NCBI GenBank assembly: GCA_963719315.1
Contig: CAVRBU010000004.1
Coordinates: 640,001 to 704,000, forward strand
Direction: 5' to 3'
Length of the DNA: 64,000 nt
Source of the DNA: an uncultured Planctomycetota bacterium
GTDB taxonomy: Bacteria > Planctomycetota > Planctomycetia > Pirellulales > Lacipirellulaceae
Every line of letters starts with the position of its first letter. Positions within the stretch are counted from its first letter, which is position 1. The translations under genes were made by a program, and so were the position numbers. Positions 62,401-64,000 of this stretch are shown in pieces. The notes below the pieces were generated by a model that worked only from the letters and a program-made list of their open reading frames with translations, did not search any database and was not told the DNA's origin.

Positions 62401-62446
62401 GCACCGCAACAAAGACAACATCAAAACCCAGTTTTCGATTTAACAT
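59423..62446 (-). CDS. PVC-type heme-binding CxxCH protein (dehydrogenase-like propeller + HEAT + cytochrome c)
   Basis: DPVAMAFD--GRLYVVEM-DY, DTDGDGKAD, WFRPV, YREVIEHP, CSTCH, GPNL, SLMPEG. Confidence 0.9.
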   Translation of the reverse strand: MLNRKLGFDVVFVAVLCSMGAVGATRPVKKTAAGEAGAEIKLERVPPMSPEKSLASTEVAKGFRMDLVSAEPQVIDPVAMAFDEAGRLYVVEMRDYSEKNKERLGRICLLTDEDGDGRFETSRVFADDLSWPTAVACYDGGVFIGDAPDILYLKDTDGDGKADVRKVIYTGFGRSNVQGLLNTFLWGLDHKIYGQTSSTGAKLTRVGSTVPPLELHNRDFCFDPKTLEISATTGGGQHGMSFNRWGDRFVCQNSDHLQAIVFEERYVSRNPYQSVVSARRSIASDGPQAEVYRISPVEAWRKARTKLRVAGLASGPVEGGGRAAGYFTGSTGVTVYEGGLWPNNDEAIAIVADVGSNLIHRKRLTRDGVTYRGDRIDKDSEFVRSRDIWFRPVQFAIGPEGGLYVADMYREVIEHPDSLPAVIKKQLDLSSGDDKGRLYWIVPADYHYTPPKLLNQASTAELAAALDDANQWRRTTALRLIYEQQDPAAGKLLHKQLAETKRPEGRIAVLYALDSVNALDDGDLLRALADAHPQVRRNAIRLSESRLDKSPPLRDKVLSLVGDADPAVQFQLALSLGECRDLAATQALASILLRSSNNRDTSDAVLTSIVDRAGDVLALVLGNDKWAVSPSGESILGAIVGQIARQRRGADLDVLVSLLRQADGKNHPVGQAALLKALSRLPSDALSGNKPPNLATLRQLRRNAAKIILAEAEKVLNQSDAKLDDRVAAIEDLSLDNFEHARPLLEKLLSPQEPAVIHTAVLATCAQYDSPAVAQLVLSQWAQFAPSERSQATELLLHRGVWALALAKHLEQDNVRITTLEPAHAARLENYPSAKVRDIARKLRGQGPPVDRQLVFKEYREVALANGDAAQGKLVFEKNCSTCHEMGGVGNAVGPNLAAMVNRGSESVLFNVLAPNVEVDPRFLEYVVLTNDGQVITGVIAGETSTAVTLRGPENKTTTVLRVDIDDMHNTGKSLMPEGFEKLIDKKTMANLLAFLQQAAGSQGAKK

Positions 62447-62643
62447 GGAAGATGACTCAAAATGGATTGGATCGGAAGCGGGCAGCCGGGCCGTTCCGGG
62501 GCAATGGCGGGAGGGAAGGCGGGCGCGCCGCGGTAGGCGCACTTTTTTACGTACAACGAGGTGTGGGGGTTCACCCTATCATGCTATACGACCTCGCCGG
62601 TCGCAACTGGCTGGCCACAATCTACGGAATGTAGCGCGGCACC

Positions 62644-62664
62644 GAAATCGACGATGTCGATTTC
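62644..62664. promoter_or_regulatory. Intergenic 9-bp perfect palindrome; possible operator or hairpin
   Basis: gaaatcgac-gat-gtcgatttc. Confidence 0.3.
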
Positions 62665-62787
62665 ATCGCGTCCCAAAAGCTCGCGATAGTCGGCGTAGAC
62701 CCGCGCCTGCGAATGCGCTTCCCGTGCCGCCGCGCGGCGGTGTCACAGGCTCAGGCCGTACTAAAATCAACCGCTATCGATTTGGGC

Positions 62788-64000
62788 TCAATTGGCCGCT
62801 TGGTTTTTGGGGCGGCGCTTAACGGCTTGTTTGTTCACTTCCGGCAGCAGTTTGGGCATTTGAAACTTGACGGCCTGGGATTGCGACTCGAACTCGCGGC
62901 GCAGCTTTTTCATCAAATTCTCGTCGCTCGAGAGATTCTTGATTTCGTAAGGATCGTGGGCCAGATCGAACAGCTCCGTCCATTCGTCGTGATCGGGGTA
63001 TGTAATCAGTTTGTGCGTCGTGGTGCGCACTGCCAGAACCGTGGGGGATGTGAAATTAGGCTCCTTGAAGTACTCGTAGAAAAACGACGACCGCCAATCT
63101 TTGGGAGTGTCGCCCGCGAGCAGCGGCCGCAGGCTGCGGCCTTGAGCTTCAGGCAGCGGCGGGGCGCCGGCGAAGTCGAGGATCGTCGGAGCATAGTCGA
63201 TGTTGAGCACCAGGGAGTCGTTCGTGACGCCGCGCGGCGCCGACTTATTAGGCATTCGAATCAAGAGCGGCACCCGCAAGCTTTCGTCGTAAGCAGACCG
63301 CTTGTCGCCCAACTCGTGTTCGCCGAGGTAATAACCGTTGTCGCTGCCGACGATAACGATTGTGTTCGCCAGTTGGCCATTTTTATCGAGGGCATCCAGC
63401 ACGCGGCCCACGCACTCGTCAATCATCGTGATATGTCGCATGTACGCGCGGTGGCCTTCGAACTGCTGCTTCTTTCGCTGCGGACGGTCGTTCGCGGCCT
63501 GCTTGTCGCGATTGAAAATGGCCGGCACGTGCAGATTGGGGACACCGCGCGATTCTTTGCCGGCGTACAGGCCGCGGGCCCGTTCGGGCAAATTCTCGCC
63601 GCCGCGCGGGCCGTGGGCGCTCTTGAAACCAATCCACAGAAAGAAGGGCTTGTCCTTCGGTTGCTTGTCCAGAAATTTGATGGCGTATTCGGTCGAGACA
63701 TCGTCGATCCAACCCTGAGTCGGTGTTTGCTTGCCATTCAAGAGAATCGGGCAATCGACGTATTTCCCCTGGCCGACGAAGCTGGCGACGTAGTCGAAGC
63801 CGGGCCGCTGGCGCTGCGAATCCAAATGCCACTTGCCGCAATAAGCGTTCGTGTAGCCGGCTTGCTTAAGGTGCTTGGCCACCGTGTCGGTATCAATCGG
63901 CAGCGCCTGGCTGTTGCCGATGATGCCGTTGAGATGGCTGTACCGGCCCGTGAGCACGCACGTTCGGCCGGGCGAGCACAATGAATTCACGACGAATGAC
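62788..64000 (-). CDS. Cys-type sulfatase, N-terminus outside the window
   Basis: CSPGRTCVLTG, GKWHL, SDNGYYLGEH, DKRSAY, ELFDL--DPYE. Confidence 0.92.
   Translation of the reverse strand, partial: SFVVNSLCSPGRTCVLTGRYSHLNGIIGNSQALPIDTDTVAKHLKQAGYTNAYCGKWHLDSQRQRPGFDYVASFVGQGKYVDCPILLNGKQTPTQGWIDDVSTEYAIKFLDKQPKDKPFFLWIGFKSAHGPRGGENLPERARGLYAGKESRGVPNLHVPAIFNRDKQAANDRPQRKKQQFEGHRAYMRHITMIDECVGRVLDALDKNGQLANTIVIVGSDNGYYLGEHELGDKRSAYDESLRVPLLIRMPNKSAPRGVTNDSLVLNIDYAPTILDFAGAPPLPEAQGRSLRPLLAGDTPKDWRSSFFYEYFKEPNFTSPTVLAVRTTTHKLITYPDHDEWTELFDLAHDPYEIKNLSSDENLMKKLRREFESQSQAVKFQMPKLLPEVNKQAVKRRPKNQAAN

Overview
GC-rich bacterial DNA, almost certainly from a planctomycete (probably Pirellulales/Lacipirellulaceae-like; inferred from DUF1559, DUF1501, DUF1549/DUF1553 cytochrome protein, PVC-type heme protein, sulfatases and dockerin-like+PEP-CTERM tails). 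All calls are by eye from motifs; no searches were run. Main blocks: (1) 92-16410, twelve co-oriented genes that together look like a peptidoglycan recycling/scavenging locus (GHL10 hydrolase, AmpG with a large inserted domain, NagZ, DUF1611 + dipeptide epimerase, a two-active-site PBP fusion, M19 and M14 peptidases, SpmA/SpmB, LdcA, Ala/Gly symporter). (2) 16.5-27.5 kb, sugar-catabolism genes with an HNH endonuclease inserted inside the operon. (3) 27.7-38.7 kb, a glycerophosphodiester/glycerol-3-phosphate locus (GDPD, two PEP-CTERM proteins, DUF1559, GlpD, GlpP, HAD, GlpT) in which a sigma70-like promoter, a leader terminator and an overlapping alternative hairpin are visible upstream of glpD, i.e. 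a candidate GlpP antitermination switch. (4) 38.9-55.1 kb, typical planctomycete genes (DUF2961, rhodanese, amidase, giant cytochrome/WD40 protein, DUF1501, sulfatases, hydrolase). (5) 55.1-57.9 kb, a toxin-antitoxin remnant cluster with an IS630 element inserted in a stop codon. (6) 58-64 kb, ceramidase-like protein, PVC heme protein and a partial sulfatase. Many REP-like palindromes of different families occur. About a dozen single-base frameshifts probably reflect sequencing/assembly error. No rRNA, tRNA or CRISPR array was seen.
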